DNA from: Eledone cirrhosa
Taxonomy: Eukaryota
Direction of reading: 5' to 3'
Length of the DNA stretch: 64,000 bases
NCBI GenBank assembly: GCA_964016885.1
Contig: OZ024747.1
Span: 44,640,001-44,704,000 of the forward strand
Shown: piece by piece, positions 1 through 13,223 of the stretch
Numbering within the stretch: position 1 is the first letter of the stretch
How the letters are laid out: each line of letters starts with the position of its first letter
The notes under the pieces: model-generated
The model's database searches: none
What the model saw: the letters and a program-made list of their open reading frames with translations, nothing else
What the model was told of the DNA's origin: nothing
Program-made: the position numbers and the translations under genes

Positions 1-74
1 TTAATTTAGCTGGCAATCAATGTTTATCATTGATTGACCAACAGTTAAAAATAAAGATATACATATATATAATC

Positions 75-118
75 TATCAAAGTTCTTTCATCACACACCT
101 GTGACATCATCAGTGGTA
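75..118 (-). ncRNA. degenerate minimal type I hammerhead ribozyme motif
   Basis: Minus strand reads tacca-CTGATGA-tgtcac aggtgt gtgat-GAAA-gaac-TT-tgata. The core is canonical, helix II pairs, and helices I and III are imperfect. Confidence 0.5.
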
Positions 119-753
119 CTATTATGTTTCCTACCGTTGTAATGTAATGTCTACTCCATTTTTATTTTTATTTTATTTATTTATTTATTCTTGTCTCTGT
201 TTGCGCATGCGTTTGTGTGTGTCTGAGTCTGTGTGTATTTGTATTCTATCTTTGTTCACTAGTGTGTGTCTATGTGTGGTTGTTGTTATTGTACCTGTGT
301 ATATTTATTTATATTCATGTTAGGTCAGTATTGTGTGTTTGTGTATGGTTGTTGTTATTCCATTCATTTTTTCTGTCCAACTTCGGTTTTCTTAGTTCTA
401 TTGCAGTTACTTCTCTGATTTGTCTACCTGTTGAGACATTTCTATGTTTAGATATTACCTTAATTTCTATGTTGTCTATATTACCATCATGTCTTTGTCT
501 GGTGTGTTCATATAGTACCGAACCGTCTTTTTGTCCTTTTAGTTCCCCCCAGTGTTGGTCTATTCTCTATGCTTCGAGCTGCCTCACCTATGTATTTTCT
601 CATTAAATTTAAACATGTGGTCCTTTAAGGTAGTTTTAATACTAGCCCCTACTGCATATATATATATAACGAAGGAATTGTGGTATGGAACCAGATAGAC
701 CATAACGCACCAAAGTACTCAATACTTAGGGTAGTAGAGTGGGTAATAAGAAC

Positions 754-809
754 AGTCCAGAAATAGCCGTCAAAATGGCTTGAGCTCTGCCATCGGGGTC
801 ATACTTGTT

Positions 810-811
<2 letters not shown>
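754..811 (+). mobile_element. 3' fragment of the element at 46927-47933 (3' half of the U3-A8 hammerhead family)
   Basis: gtccagaaatagccgtcaaaatggcttgagctctgccatcggggtc..gttcc matches 47877-47933 and ends in (TA)n. Confidence 0.75.
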
Positions 812-881
<70 letters not shown>

Positions 882-928
882 TATACAAAGTGTTAAAACG
901 ATCAAATTTTACTTTAGAACATTTATTA

Positions 929-973
929 GCTGACAATTGTTTCTTCCAGAGGGAAGTCTGGAATCATCGGAGC
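929..973 (-). ncRNA. minimal hammerhead ribozyme, CCGAUGA core
   Basis: gct-CCGATGA-ttccaga cttccc tctggaa-GAAA-caattg-TC-agc, followed by AATAAA. Confidence 0.8.
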
Positions 974-1060
974 ATAAGGAATGTCGAAAACGTGTAACTA
1001 GAATCCTAGTCATGTTCTAAATGACTAGGATTCTAGTTACACGTCTTCGACATTCCTTAT

Positions 1061-1105
1061 GCTCCGAAGATTCCAGACTTCCCTCTGGAAGAAACAATTG
1101 TCAGC
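1061..1105 (+). ncRNA. minimal hammerhead ribozyme, CCGAAGA core
   Basis: gct-CCGAAGA-ttccaga cttccc tctggaa-GAAA-caattg-TC-agc, with AATAAA at 1107-1112. Confidence 0.8.
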
Positions 1106-1361
1106 TAATAAATGTTCTAAACTAAAATTGGATCGTTTTAACACTTTGTATCTCGGCTCTGTAAAACACTTGAAAATTTGCATTGAGCCTTTTGTCATAC
1201 CAGTAACCGGCTAGTACTTAGTACTACCCTACATATTTATAGTTATATCAAATATATAAATATTACTATATATATATCTATATATATATTCGATATATTC
1301 GCAAACACCTATATTATATATATATATATATATATACACACACATACATCTATATATACAC

Positions 1362-1434
<73 letters not shown>

Positions 1435-1595
1435 CACACACACACACATACATATATACACACACATACATATATATATATACACACATACATATATATA
1501 TATACACACACATACATATATATATATATACACACACACACACATATATATATACACACACACACATATATATATACACACACATATATATACAC

Positions 1596-1648
<53 letters not shown>

Positions 1649-1989
1649 CATACACACATATATAAACACAAATATATATACTCATTATCATAGAATCAGG
1701 TGCAGTTTCAGGTACCTTGGATCAAAAGCATTTATATCTGTTTAGCGTCAAAGTGAATAACCACATCAATCGTAGCGAGTCTCAAAGGGCCAGCAGTTGC
1801 CATGGGTACAGTCCTTACCTTCAGAGCAAAGGTGCATGGCTTAGTGGTGCCTGAAACCTCATTAATAATAAGAACTTTTTGTTAAGTACTGCTCCAAACA
1901 ACAACTTAATAACTAAAATGTTATTTTATCAATTCCTTCAAATTCTTGATTATTTTCAACATATGTCATGTGATTCATTAAAAATATTA

Positions 1990-2170
1990 ATTTCTAATTT
2001 AAGCACAAAACCCCACAGATTTGGGAGAAAGGTAAAGTTGATTAAGTCAACCCCAGTTATTGACTGAATTTTTATTTTATCAACCATGGAAGGACGAAAA
2101 ACAAAGTTGACCTCAGCAGGATTTAAACTCATAATGTAAGACCCAGAACAAATACCCTAAAGCCATCATA
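1990..2170 (-). mobile_element. old tRNA-derived SINE (family A, Meta-domain-like)
   Basis: Diverged match to the younger copies at 7168, 14985 and 51975 (tttattttatc..gaaggatgaaa..aaagttgacctc..ggatttgaact). Confidence 0.65.
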
Positions 2171-4962
2171 TCTGATTAGAAATATGGTAACAAAAGAGAA
2201 ATAAGTATTTGACTGGTACTTTATTTTATCAACCATGGAAGGATGTTATTTACCAAACAATTGTCTTGATGTTACTAGTAATTATTTTATTAAATTCCTC
2301 CAGATTCTTGATTATTTTTAAAATTAATTAAAACATATAGGCTGTGTGTTTTATTAGAAATATGGTAATGAAATGGTTATATATTTGGATGGTTATAACT
2401 CAAAATATCTGCAGTCATTTCCCAAAAATTGCTTTGATGCTACTAGTATCAATTTAATCAGTAGTAAGTGAAAGAAATTCATTATCACATCAGGTTGACT
2501 TCTAACGAAATGAAGTTGTCAGTAATGTTTCCATTACAGGTTAAAATAGCGAGAGCAGCAATAGTGAATGAATGAATCTTGTAAAATGAACAAACAAAAC
2601 AACTAGCCTTTGACAGTCATAATGTTGCATGACTAAGTGAATAATCATTTAAGAGACTCAGTAATGAAAACTCTCTAACAAGCACTAACCACATAGATTT
2701 TAAAGAATTATTAATTCTATAGTACATCATTAAAAGTCTTTCACAAATGAGACTCAGTAATGAAAAAAACCCTAACAAGCAGTTTCATAGCTAACTTTCA
2801 GTAGATCACTGTAGTGTTGTTTTATGTAAGCATTGAGTACAAACATAAATATGCTGAATCTAAGATTGGAGCTTTGAATATCTGACATCTCAGGCATTAG
2901 TTAAAATAAAATCTATCCCAAACCCAGAATTATATCCTAGTTTCTTTGGCATTAACTCTTAACACCTTGTTCCACATGAAACAACATTAGCAAGGTATTT
3001 TTATAAGTAGAAAACAACACTATGTTTGACTCACATTAAAAATATTGCAATTTTTCTCAATGATCCGTCCACTACTCAAGAAATTATAAACATCTAAATT
3101 AACACACCTATTTTTTAGATATTTTCTGCTGAATCATTACAGGATGCTAGGAGTGATGTCACCTGGCTTCGTGGTTAGGGTTTTTTTTTTACTCATGATC
3201 ATGATAAGCTTGGGACCTCTATCATTAAACACCCAAAATACATTTTATGAGATACAGATTCATGGAAAGCCAGCTAAACCTTCATAGGTGTGAACTGTAA
3301 CCCATGCCATTCATAACATAAAAAATTAGTCTTTAATACTGAAATGTTCACAATTATCTGTCCACTAGTAAAGATTCTATAAACATTTGAAATAAACTTA
3401 TTTTTAGATATTTTCGGCTAAATCATTATAAGAGTTATGTGATTGAAAGTACAAAACTGCTCTATGGATAAGACACCAGTCCACTGTAGAGTTAACCCTT
3501 AGCTGCTGCTACTACTGCTACTCGGTTGCAGCTTAAAAGCTGGAGTAACATAAAATGAATTGCCTTGCTGAAGAACACAATGCACAACTCAGTCTGGAAA
3601 TTGAACCCACAACTTTATGATCATGAGCCCAACAACCTAACCACTAAGCCACATGCCTTCACAATGATAATAATTTCATTTAATGCTTAACATCCTGCTA
3701 CAATAGAAAAATGAAACTGAGAGTGAGTACTGTAGCTATCAAGTCTCTAAGATTATTCATATAGATAATAAATGTAGTCAACTCTTAACGTCCTGTGCTG
3801 CATGAAATTAAATTAGCTAAACATACTTGAAAAGTACAAAACAGCACTATGTCAACATCACATTAAAAATGAAAACCTTTAAATTAGTTTATTGCAAATT
3901 TTCAGAATGATCTGTCCAGTAGTTAAGATACTATAGACATTTGAATTAACAAACCTGTTTTTAGATATGCTAAGTTATTACAGGATGTTAAGCATTAAAT
4001 AAAAGCAAAATAAATATACATCAACAAACATTTTCAATCAGCCATATAAATTTTACATTTTACTGCAGAATTCCATTTTAAAATATATGAGAATCGCAAA
4101 GAGTTTTCATATTTTCTATACTTACTTTAATGAACCCTTCTTGATTAAAAATTAACAATTAATTAAAAGTAAATTTTGGAAATGCAAGGATCAGTTTCTC
4201 CTACCCTACTCTCTCAATACAAATATTTTACTTATTGATATTTTCAATTAAAGTATACTCATACAGTAAATTCATTGTCCTCTTATGTAGACACTGATTA
4301 ATATGTAAGTGCTCCAAGTAAATATAGATCTCTTAAAGATAGGCAGCAGTTCTTTGAAATACATTTTTTGGCTTTACCTTTTTTTTTTATCCAAGTTAAT
4401 GAAGGATAAGTAAAATTACTTTTCACAAATTCATGTCAAAATTTTTCAAAACCATATAATTAAAATTTTTTGATACATAAAAGTTGTGAAAAGAGCAAAT
4501 TGAAATATAGGATTGTAATAAAATATAACAGAGAGATAATCAGGTTTAATTTCTATAAGGTATAAAATTAATGATAAAGTTATAGTTCAAACAACTTTTA
4601 TTAAAGATACCTTCTCATTAGAAACACCCATTAGACAATATAATTACAGCATGTTCTTGATTAGAAAAAAAGATTGATTATTGCATACTTCATTTTGGTT
4701 TGTTGTTTGTCTTACAAACAAAAATACTGTCGGTTTATTATTTTTTCATATACAATATTCGAATGAGAGAAAAAAAATATTCAATTAACAATTCAAACAA
4801 AGTGCTGAATTTCCAATTAAATTATTGATAACAAATCAATAAATGGGTTTCAAATTAAAAATAAAATAATAATAAATAAAATGCTATAGTGATTTAATTT
4901 GCATGTAAAAGAAAACAAAATATTAAAAATTGTAAAATGATTTCAATAAGTAACAATTTAAT

Positions 4963-5410
4963 ACTGACAGATACTGGTGATATAGTCAAGAATATCTGTG
5001 TAGTTAAGTAGTTTATTTTGTAACTGACTGATACTGGTGCTATAGTCAAGAATGACTACTTTGTAACTGACTGATAGTGGTGCTATAGTCAAGAATGACT
5101 GTGTAGTTAAGTAGTTCATTTTATAGCTGACTGATAGTGGTGATATAGTCGAGAATGACTACTGATAGTGGTGCTATAGTCAAGAATGACTACTTTGTAA
5201 CTGACTGATAGTGGTCATATAGTCAAGAATGACTACTTTGTAACTGACTGACAGTGGTGCTATAGTCTAGAATGGCTGTGTAGTTAAGTAGTTCACTTTG
5301 TAGCTGACTGATAGTGGTGATATAGTCAAGAATGACTACTTTGTAACTGACTGATAGTGGTCATATAGTTGAGAATGACTGTGTAGTTAAGTAGTTCACT
5401 TTGTAACCAT
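4963..5410. repeat. minisatellite with about 43/58-bp variant units
   Basis: About 9 copies of actgatagtggtgctatagtcaagaatgact, with optional gtgtagttaagtagttca and actttgtaactg modules. Confidence 0.9.
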
Positions 5411-5849
5411 ATAGTCCCAGGATCAATCCCAGCATGACACCATCAGCTAGTATAGCCTTTGACTGTTCCATGCCTTTTGAGTGAATTTGGTAGTGTGTAT
5501 GTGTGTGTGTGTGTGTGTGTGTTACTACATACATCTCCATATCGATAGCATTTTAAAAAGCAAGAGGTGACATTTGTTTATGTTCCTCATAAACAATACA
5601 CCCACCCAGCTTGGGCAGTTGAATGTATATCAGCAGCATATATCAAACTTCCAAATAATAAAGTATCAGTTAGTATCAGGAAGGGCCTCCTGCCATCAAA
5701 GAATTGCCTCAAAAAAGGATATTCTAACCCATACCAGCATGGGAAAGTGGACATATAAACATAGTGATGACTGATGATAATGTTGATGATGATGACCTAA
5801 CAAGCTAGATGAAAATACATTTCTTCAGCTACCCAAATAATTATATGTT

Positions 5850-6035
5850 GATTTCTAATTTAGGCACAAGGCCAGTAAATTAAAGGCTAGGCCAAAGTTG
5901 ACTTGTACTTTGTTTTATCAATTCTGGAAGGATGAAAGACAGAGTTGACCTTGGCGAGATTTGAACCCAGAATGTAAAGAGCCAGAACAAATACTACAAT
6001 GATATTTTATCCAACACTCTACTGATTCTGACAAT
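5850..6035 (-). mobile_element. SINE family A, diverged
   Basis: ggcacaaggccag..gaaggatgaaag..gatttgaacccag..ctctactgattctg. Confidence 0.7.
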
Positions 6036-6669
6036 CCACCCCACCCCACCCTCATAGTTATAATATGTTAAAACGTAATATAATCTTTATTTTTAATATC
6101 CATATAGAATTGAAAGCTAAGCGAAACCAAGAGAAAGCCAAAGAAATCTCAGACTTAATCACATAAGAATGATTATGTTGTACTATTTCTCTTATACACA
6201 CTTCTTTCAACTAATCTTACTTAACCCAGGGAAATGGATAAATGGAAAGAAAAATAAAAATAAAAATAAAAAGAAAAAGAAAAAGAAAAAGAAAAAGAAA
6301 AGTAAAAAGAAAAAGAAAAAGAAAAAGAAAAAGAAAAAGAAAAAGAAAAAATATTCCAATTGAAATGCGGTGTTAATAACAAGACAGACGATGTAAAGTG
6401 TTTAATTAATCTTGTCTGATAGGTAATGCCTCATCTCAGAAATACAGAAAAGATAAACTTCCATTTTGAAGACAATGTTCTTATGCTAAAAAGATGATAA
6501 TGGCTTTATAGGAAGAACAAATTCTAAATGTAACCATACAGAATTCAATCAGAGACATTAGACAGATATGTAAGTAATGGAACATAATACTACAGAAACT
6601 TATACTATACTGATTTTCCAGCACTTTTCATTCCAAACCCATGCTGAATTAACCATTTTGTAGGATTAT

Positions 6670-6813
6670 ATAATTGTTTCTAATTTAGGCACAAAGCCAG
6701 CAATTTTGTGGGAAAGGAAAAGTCGATTATATTAACCCCAGTACTTGACTGGTACTTTATTTTATCAACTCAAAAACGATGAAAGGCAAAGTTGACCATG
6801 GCAGGATTTCAAC
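6670..6813 (-). mobile_element. SINE family A, interrupted by a TTAA MITE
   Basis: The family A body matches up to caggatttcaac, then TTAA begins the MITE. Confidence 0.7.
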
Positions 6814-6817
6814 TTAA

Positions 6818-7037
6818 CCTTTTAATGTTCAAACCGGCCAAAACCGGCCAGAATTCTCGACCATTTTCTGTTGAAACTGGCTGTAACTGGTCACTCAAAA
6901 TGATGTTACGGTATTGTTCTCAAAATAAATACTTTCAAAATCTCATAGATTCGATATTATGTGAGATAATTATGCGAGGTAAAGCCTTTACCATGAAAAT
7001 ATAATAGTATATATAGAGTAATGTGAATGCTAAAGGG
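6818..7037. mobile_element. piggyBac-like MITE
   Basis: TTAA|ccttttaatgttc ... gaatgctaaaggg|TTAA gives imperfect TIRs and a TTAA duplication. Confidence 0.65.
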
Positions 7038-7167
7038 TTAAGGTGCAGGGTTCCAGAATGAATACTGTGGAGTATTCTATATCCCTCTTTCCCAGATTAT
7101 CTAATAATTCACACAAACCATATTACAAAGTCAGAAAAACTCTCCCTACTTACCACTCCTTGATTAT

Positions 7168-7352
7168 AATAATTGTTTCTACTTTTGGCACAAGGCCAGC
7201 AATTTCCCAGTGTATTACTGGTACTTTATTTTATCGACCCCCGTAAGGATGAAAGGCAAAGTTAACCTCGGCGGGATTTGAACTCAGAATGGCAAGGGCC
7301 GTATATCTATGCGTCAAAGCATGGCGTCCGACCCTCTACTGATACTGCCAAT
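7168..7352 (-). mobile_element. SINE family A
   Basis: Reverse complement has an A box (tggcagtatcagtag), a B box (gagttcaaatcc) and ttgcctttcatccttacggggtcgataaaataaagtacc. Confidence 0.85.
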
Positions 7353-7528
7353 TGATTATAATAATATAAAGATAAATGAATAAACATTGTTGTCTTTGAT
7401 TGAGACGAACTGAGAGTATATTTGAATTCATAAAAAAGTAAATAAACTCGTTGCTAGAACAACTGTTAAAAGAACCAAATGTTGTCAATGGCAGTTATGG
7501 GCAAAATTGCCTCAGATGACAGAGACTA

Positions 7529-8498
7529 GTGGCCAGCAGAGAGATAATCCACAAGAGTGTCCAGTGGTCAGCAGAGAGACAATCCACATGAGTGGCCAGT
7601 GGTCAGCAGAGAGACAATCCACAAGAGTGGCCAGTGGTCAGCAGAGTGACAATCCACAAGAGTGACCAGTGGCTAGCAGAGAGATAATCCACAAGAGTAG
7701 CCAGTGGTCAGCAGAGAGACAATCCACAAGAGTGGCCAGTGGTCAGCAGAGTGACAATCCACAAGAGTGTCCAGTGGTCTGCAGAGAGACAATCCACAAG
7801 AGTGGCCAGTGGTCAGCAGAGAGACAATCCACAAGAGTGGCCAGTGGTCAGCAGAGTGACAATCCACAAGAGTGGCCAGTGGTCAGCAGAGTGACAATCC
7901 ACAAGAGTGTCCAGTGGTCAGCAGAGAGACAATCCACATGAGTGGCCAGTGGTCAGCAGAGAGACAATCCACAAGAATGGCCAGTGGTCAGCAGAGAGAG
8001 ACAATCCATAAGAGTGGCCAGTGGTCAGCAGAGAGACAATCCACAAGAATGGCCAGTGGTCAACAGAGAGACAATCCACAAGAATGGCCAGTGGTCAGCA
8101 GAGTGACAATCCACAAGAGTGTCCAGTGGTCAGCAGAGAGACAATCCACATGAGTGGCCAGTGGTCAGCAGAGAGACAATCCATAAGAGTGGCCAGTGGT
8201 CAGCAAAGAGACAATCCATAAGAATGGCCAGTGGTCAACAGAGAGACAATCCATAAGAATGGCCAGTGGTCAGCAGAGAGACAATCCACAAGAGTGGCCA
8301 GTGGTCAGCAAAGAGACAATCCATAAGAGTGGCCAGTGGTCAGCAGAGAGACAATCCACAAGAATGGACAGTGGTCAACAGAGAGACAATCCACAAGAAT
8401 GGCCAGTGGTCAGCAGAGTGACAATCCACAAGAGTGTCCAGTGGTCAGCAGAGAGACAATCCACATGAGTGGCCAGTGGTCAGCAGAGAGACAATCCA
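7529..8498. repeat. 35-bp tandem satellite, about 28 copies
   Basis: Unit gtggccagtggtcagcagagagacaatccacaaga, head-to-tail with no spacers. Confidence 0.95.
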
Positions 8499-8654
8499 CG
8501 GTTTCTTAGTTAAGCACAGTTTTTTTTTTACAATCAAACAATGATATCCTTTACCACCGTTGCTGAAGCTCAGAAAGGAGGTAACGCATGGAAAGATGCT
8601 GTGATGGAAAAGATCCATCCAACCCATACAAGCATGGACAAGCAGACGTAAAAG

Positions 8655-9335
8655 GATGATGGCGATGATAGTCATGATGATGGTGATGATAGTGATGATG
8701 ATAGTGGTGGTGGTGATGGTGATGATGATGGTGGTGGTGATGATGATGGTGGTGGTGATGATGATTATAATGATGGTGATGGTGGTGGTGGTGATGATGA
8801 TGGTGGTGGTGATGATGATGATGATGATGGTGGTGATGATGATAGTAATGATGGTGATGATGATGGTGGTGGTGGTGGTGGTGATGGTGGTGGTGATGAT
8901 GGTGATGATGATGATCATGATGATCATTGTTAGAATGATGGCCACGGTGACGACGACGGTGACGACAATGGTGATGATGATTATGATGATGGTGATGGTG
9001 GTGGTGGTGATGATGATGGTGGTGGTGGTGGTGATGATGATGGTGGTGATGATGATGATGATAGTGATGATGGTGATGATGGTGGTGGTGGTGATGATGA
9101 TGATGACGGTGGTGGTGGTGGTGGTGGCGGTGGTGGTGGTGGCGGTGATTGTGATGATGGTGATGACAATGGTTCTGATGATGATGATGATGATGATAAT
9201 GATGATGGCGATGATGATGATGATCATGATGATCATGGTGAGAATGATGGCCACGGTGATGACGATGGTGACGACGATGGTGATGATGATGGTGATGGTG
9301 ATGGTGATGATGATGATGATGATGATTATCATGAT
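8655..9335. repeat. (GAT/GGT)n compound trinucleotide repeat, extending from a SINE/RTE-type tail
   Basis: Follows gcagacgtaaaag and contains an internal duplication (agaatgatggccacggtga twice). Confidence 0.9.
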
Positions 9336-9958
9336 AAATATATCATGCTCATCTTTTTTTTCTCCTTACACTTGTTTTCCCATACTGATCGGAATTGACT
9401 ACCTGAACCATATGGTCCCAGCCCCTCTCTTTCACTACCTCTCTCCCCCCCCCCTCTCTCTCTCACACAAACACACATACACACTCTCATTCACAGATAG
9501 AAACACTTTCTTACTACATGATTCTCTTGCACTAATTCTGCTTCAGTTATCACTAATCACTTGCTTATGATATTTGTTAATTTAGTTCTTCACATCCATT
9601 CTTCTTTCTGTATATATATTCATATCATCATCATATGTAGTTTATTCTTCTGAACACAGAGCTTGATGTTCTCAGTTCCCAGTAGTCTTTAGCTCTTCTG
9701 AACTTAGTCAATTACATAGCTTCATATTACACACTCTGCAGTTCTTCAACTTCAGAAAATACTTCAAACCTTAACAGCTTTTCATCTCCTAATAATTGCA
9801 GGTCAATACAGATTTTGCTTTATGCGTCGTTGCTAAATATGACTTAATTGGGACCAGAATTGAAGCATTCAAACATAACCATAATCTCTTTGCTGAGCAC
9901 CCCACTGATTACATTTCCGAAATACAACTCAGGCTAACAGAAGACAAAAACCTTCCAT

Positions 9959-10037
<79 letters not shown>

Positions 10038-10307
10038 CGAGAGAGAGAGAGAGAGAGATATATAGATATATATGTATATATATATATATATATACACATA
10101 TATATATATATACATATATATACATATATATATACATATATATACATATATATATATATGTGTATATATATATACACATATATACATATGCATACATATA
10201 TTAATTTCAATAATAATATTATTATTACTACTATTAAATATATATATATATATACACACACACATATATATATTTATATACATACAGAAACACACACCTA
10301 CACACAC

Positions 10308-10353
<46 letters not shown>

Positions 10354-10368
10354 GAAATATAATATATA

Positions 10369-10422
<54 letters not shown>

Positions 10423-10439
10423 TATATATATATATATAT

Positions 10440-10474
<35 letters not shown>

Positions 10475-10866
10475 ACAAAACAAACACATGGATGCAAAAA
10501 TACAAAGTCATATATAGTATGGAATTTTTTGTATGTATATATGTAATGTGTTTTCATGCAGATGTCACTCCTAATGAGTTCATGAATAGACTAAAAAGGA
10601 CCAAGTATCTGACACATAGATTAGAACGGAGTACATAAAATATATCATGGAATAAGTCCTTCCCACTACCCCTGTCTTTGATCTCTTCTGTAACTCCTCT
10701 GAGAATGAGTTTAATGGGTTGCAAGTTTATACAGGCCTTCTATATAATGGAGAAAAACATCTAAATATGATAATTAAAAACAAAAAAATAAGAGAAGCTA
10801 AATGGTTGCTAGATATATATAAGTTAAATACATATAGATAGATTTATCTCGATAAATAATATCATA

Positions 10867-11250
10867 CAGGTTCACAATCTTTTATCCGAAAACCGAACTT
10901 TTTTTCCAGGATGTTGTCTGCACACCAAGGCATGCGTTTGGCGCCAAACTTGACCCAAAATGACCCACAGTCAGCCCAGGCATGTCATGCAATTGTGTCT
11001 CAGTGCTCCTACCAGTCAGATGCATGTCGGCTCTGAAGTTTTACAGTGACAGTGATGCCGAGTAACTGCCAGGATCAAGGCGCAGACTCGCGACCTTGCA
11101 GCCACCAGGCTAGCACTCTACCACTGAGCCACCCTGTCCTCTGTAATGTTTTATCTAAAAAACTTTAAAATCTACGATAAAAATCTTCCATTCCGAAATC
11201 AGAAAAGTGTTTTCGGATAAGAGATTTTTGGATAAGAGATTTTTAACCTG
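10867..11250. mobile_element. Tc1/pogo (Tigger-like) MITE containing a tRNA-like fragment
   Basis: TA|caggttcacaatcttttatccgaaaa ... ttttggataagagatttttaacctg|TA. A tRNA-like head lies on the minus strand at about 11068-11132. Confidence 0.75.
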
Positions 11251-11547
11251 TATAAGGGACCAAAACCTTGTACAGAGTTACTTCACCGCTTACATTTGGA
11301 GAGAGAGACAGAGTACAGCAGCATTTTCAATACATGCGTGTTTACTAAGTATATTTGAGTTAAAAACATATAGATTTATCTTGATAAATAATATTGAATA
11401 AGATTATAATTCCAACAAGGCCACACCTTAAATGAATATAACAAGACAAAATAATAAATAGATGAAAGTATTTTGTAAATGTTTAATGCATGTTTTGGTC
11501 TCTTTTGTAAATAATTCAAACTTGTGAATGTCTTTGATATATTTAAG

Positions 11548-12017
11548 ACTAGCAGTGGTACCCAGCATTGCACAGGATAAGGTATTTTGGAACACAGGCC
11601 GCCAACAGACCTAATCGCGGAAAATCTGCATGCCTTGACAATATGTAAAGAAAATAAACCGAATACTCTGATGGCTGGATAATCATTAAGATTTTTCTCA
11701 GTGAAGCAGGAAAAATGCAGGTTTTCACCTCATGCGGGCCCTAGGGGATCAAGAAAATGAATTTTTTTTATGTGCATAATATGCCTTGAAATTTCAGGAA
11801 AATCGGCTAGACGTTAACACCTCAAAAAACCCCTAAAAAGTTGAAAAAAACACAGTTTTTCACCTAATACAGGGATATAAAACTTGAATTTTTATGTGCA
11901 TAACACTCCCTGGAACATAAGTAATACACATGTAAAGTTTGAAAAAAATCGGTTGGGTACTTCTCGAGTTTTAGGGATTCAAACTCAGACAGACATCCTC
12001 AGTTTTATATATAAAGA
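11548..12017 (+). mobile_element. Helentron/DINE-1-like non-autonomous element (HINE)
   Basis: Starts with actagcag..acccagcattgcacagg and ends with cagacagac..ttttatatataaaga, typical HINE termini. Confidence 0.55.
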
Positions 12018-12683
12018 CTAGCAGAAAACCGCCCACCAGGTGGTTTTCTGCTAGTATATATATATATTACACACAGAGAAATGTATATATATTTCTGTGT
12101 GTGTATATATATTACACACACAGAAATGTATAAATATTTCTGTGTGTATATATATATATATATTACACACACAGAAATGTATATATATTTCTGTGTGAAT
12201 ATATATATATTTCTGTGTGTGTATATATATATATACATTACACACACACAGAAATGTATATATGTTTCTGTAGCACTCCTCAATTCCCCCCTCTCTCCCT
12301 CCCGCTATCCCCCTCTTGTAGTCTGTCTCTTTCTTTCACTCTCACTCTCTCTCTATACGCGTGCGCAAAAAACATTCGCACGCGCGCACGTGTTTTAGAG
12401 TCTATTCACTCTCTCTCTCTCTCCCTCCCGCTATCCCCCTCTCGTAGTCTGTCTCTTTCTTTCACTCTCACTCTCTCTCTACGCGTGCGCAAAAAACATT
12501 CGCACGCACGCACGTGTTTCCACTGTCGGACAGACAGACAGAGAAATTACTGGTTATATATTATAAGGAGATTGTCTAGTTTTAATTGAATATAGGAACA
12601 TTTGGTTAGTTGTGCATTAAGTGATGTTTAAATAAATGAGTTTGTTTTCTAAAACACTCCACATTTGTATGTGCACGTTCAAG

Positions 12684-12857
12684 TGAATGTGTATATCTTA
12701 ACTATAATAAGTATATGAATGTATAATAAGTATATGAATGTGTATATCTTAACTATAATAAGTATATGAATGTGTATATCTTAACTATAATAAGTATATG
12801 AATGTGTATATCTTAACTATAATAAGTATATGAATGTGTATATCTTAACTATAATAA
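12684..12857. repeat. 32-bp minisatellite, about 5 copies
   Basis: Unit gaatgtgtatatcttaactataataagtatat. Confidence 0.9.
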
Positions 12858-12931
12858 AGAAAGGAGTGCTGGACTGCATCCAGAATATATTTTTTTATCC
12901 CGTTTGTAAAATAAGTTGGATTACTTTGAAT

Positions 12932-13223
12932 AAATAATTGTTTCTACTTTTGGCACAAGGCCAGTAATTACCCAGTGCATTACTGGTACTTTATTTTATC
13001 GACCCCATAAGGATGAAAGGCAAAGTTAAAATAATTGTTTCTACGTTAGGCACAAGGCCAGCAATTACCCAGTGTATTACTGGTACTTTATTTTATCGAC
13101 CCCGTAAGGATGAAAGGCAAAGTTAAAATAATTGTTTCTACGTTAGGCACAAGGCCAGCAATTACCCAGTGTATTACTGGTACTTTATTTTATCGACCCC
13201 GTAAGGATGAAAGGCAAAGTTAA
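12932..13223 (-). mobile_element. tandem trimer of the SINE family A 3' part (about 97 bp each)
   Basis: Three head-to-tail copies of aaataattgtttctac...gaaaggcaaagtta. Confidence 0.9.

Larger units (their letters stand above)
883..1151. mobile_element. fold-back element (about 131-bp arms, 7-nt spacer) with one hammerhead per arm; Penelope-like non-autonomous
   Basis: 883-1013 is the near-perfect reverse complement of 1021-1151 and abuts (TA)n on the left. Confidence 0.85.

Noticed and set aside
7529-8498. CRISPR-like 35-bp periodicity
   Set aside because: Units are contiguous with no unique spacers, there are no cas genes, and the context is eukaryotic.
8445-9570. 300-aa Met/Val and Ile/Thr ORFs
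   Set aside because: Artefact of the (GAT/GGT)n repeat.
9796-9965. Possible host exon after ttgcag
   Set aside because: No recognisable protein, no canonical donor and no partner exons.
11068-11132. tRNA gene
   Set aside because: The T-arm/B box is degenerate and it lies inside a MITE. SINE heads elsewhere are likewise tRNA-derived rather than tRNA genes.
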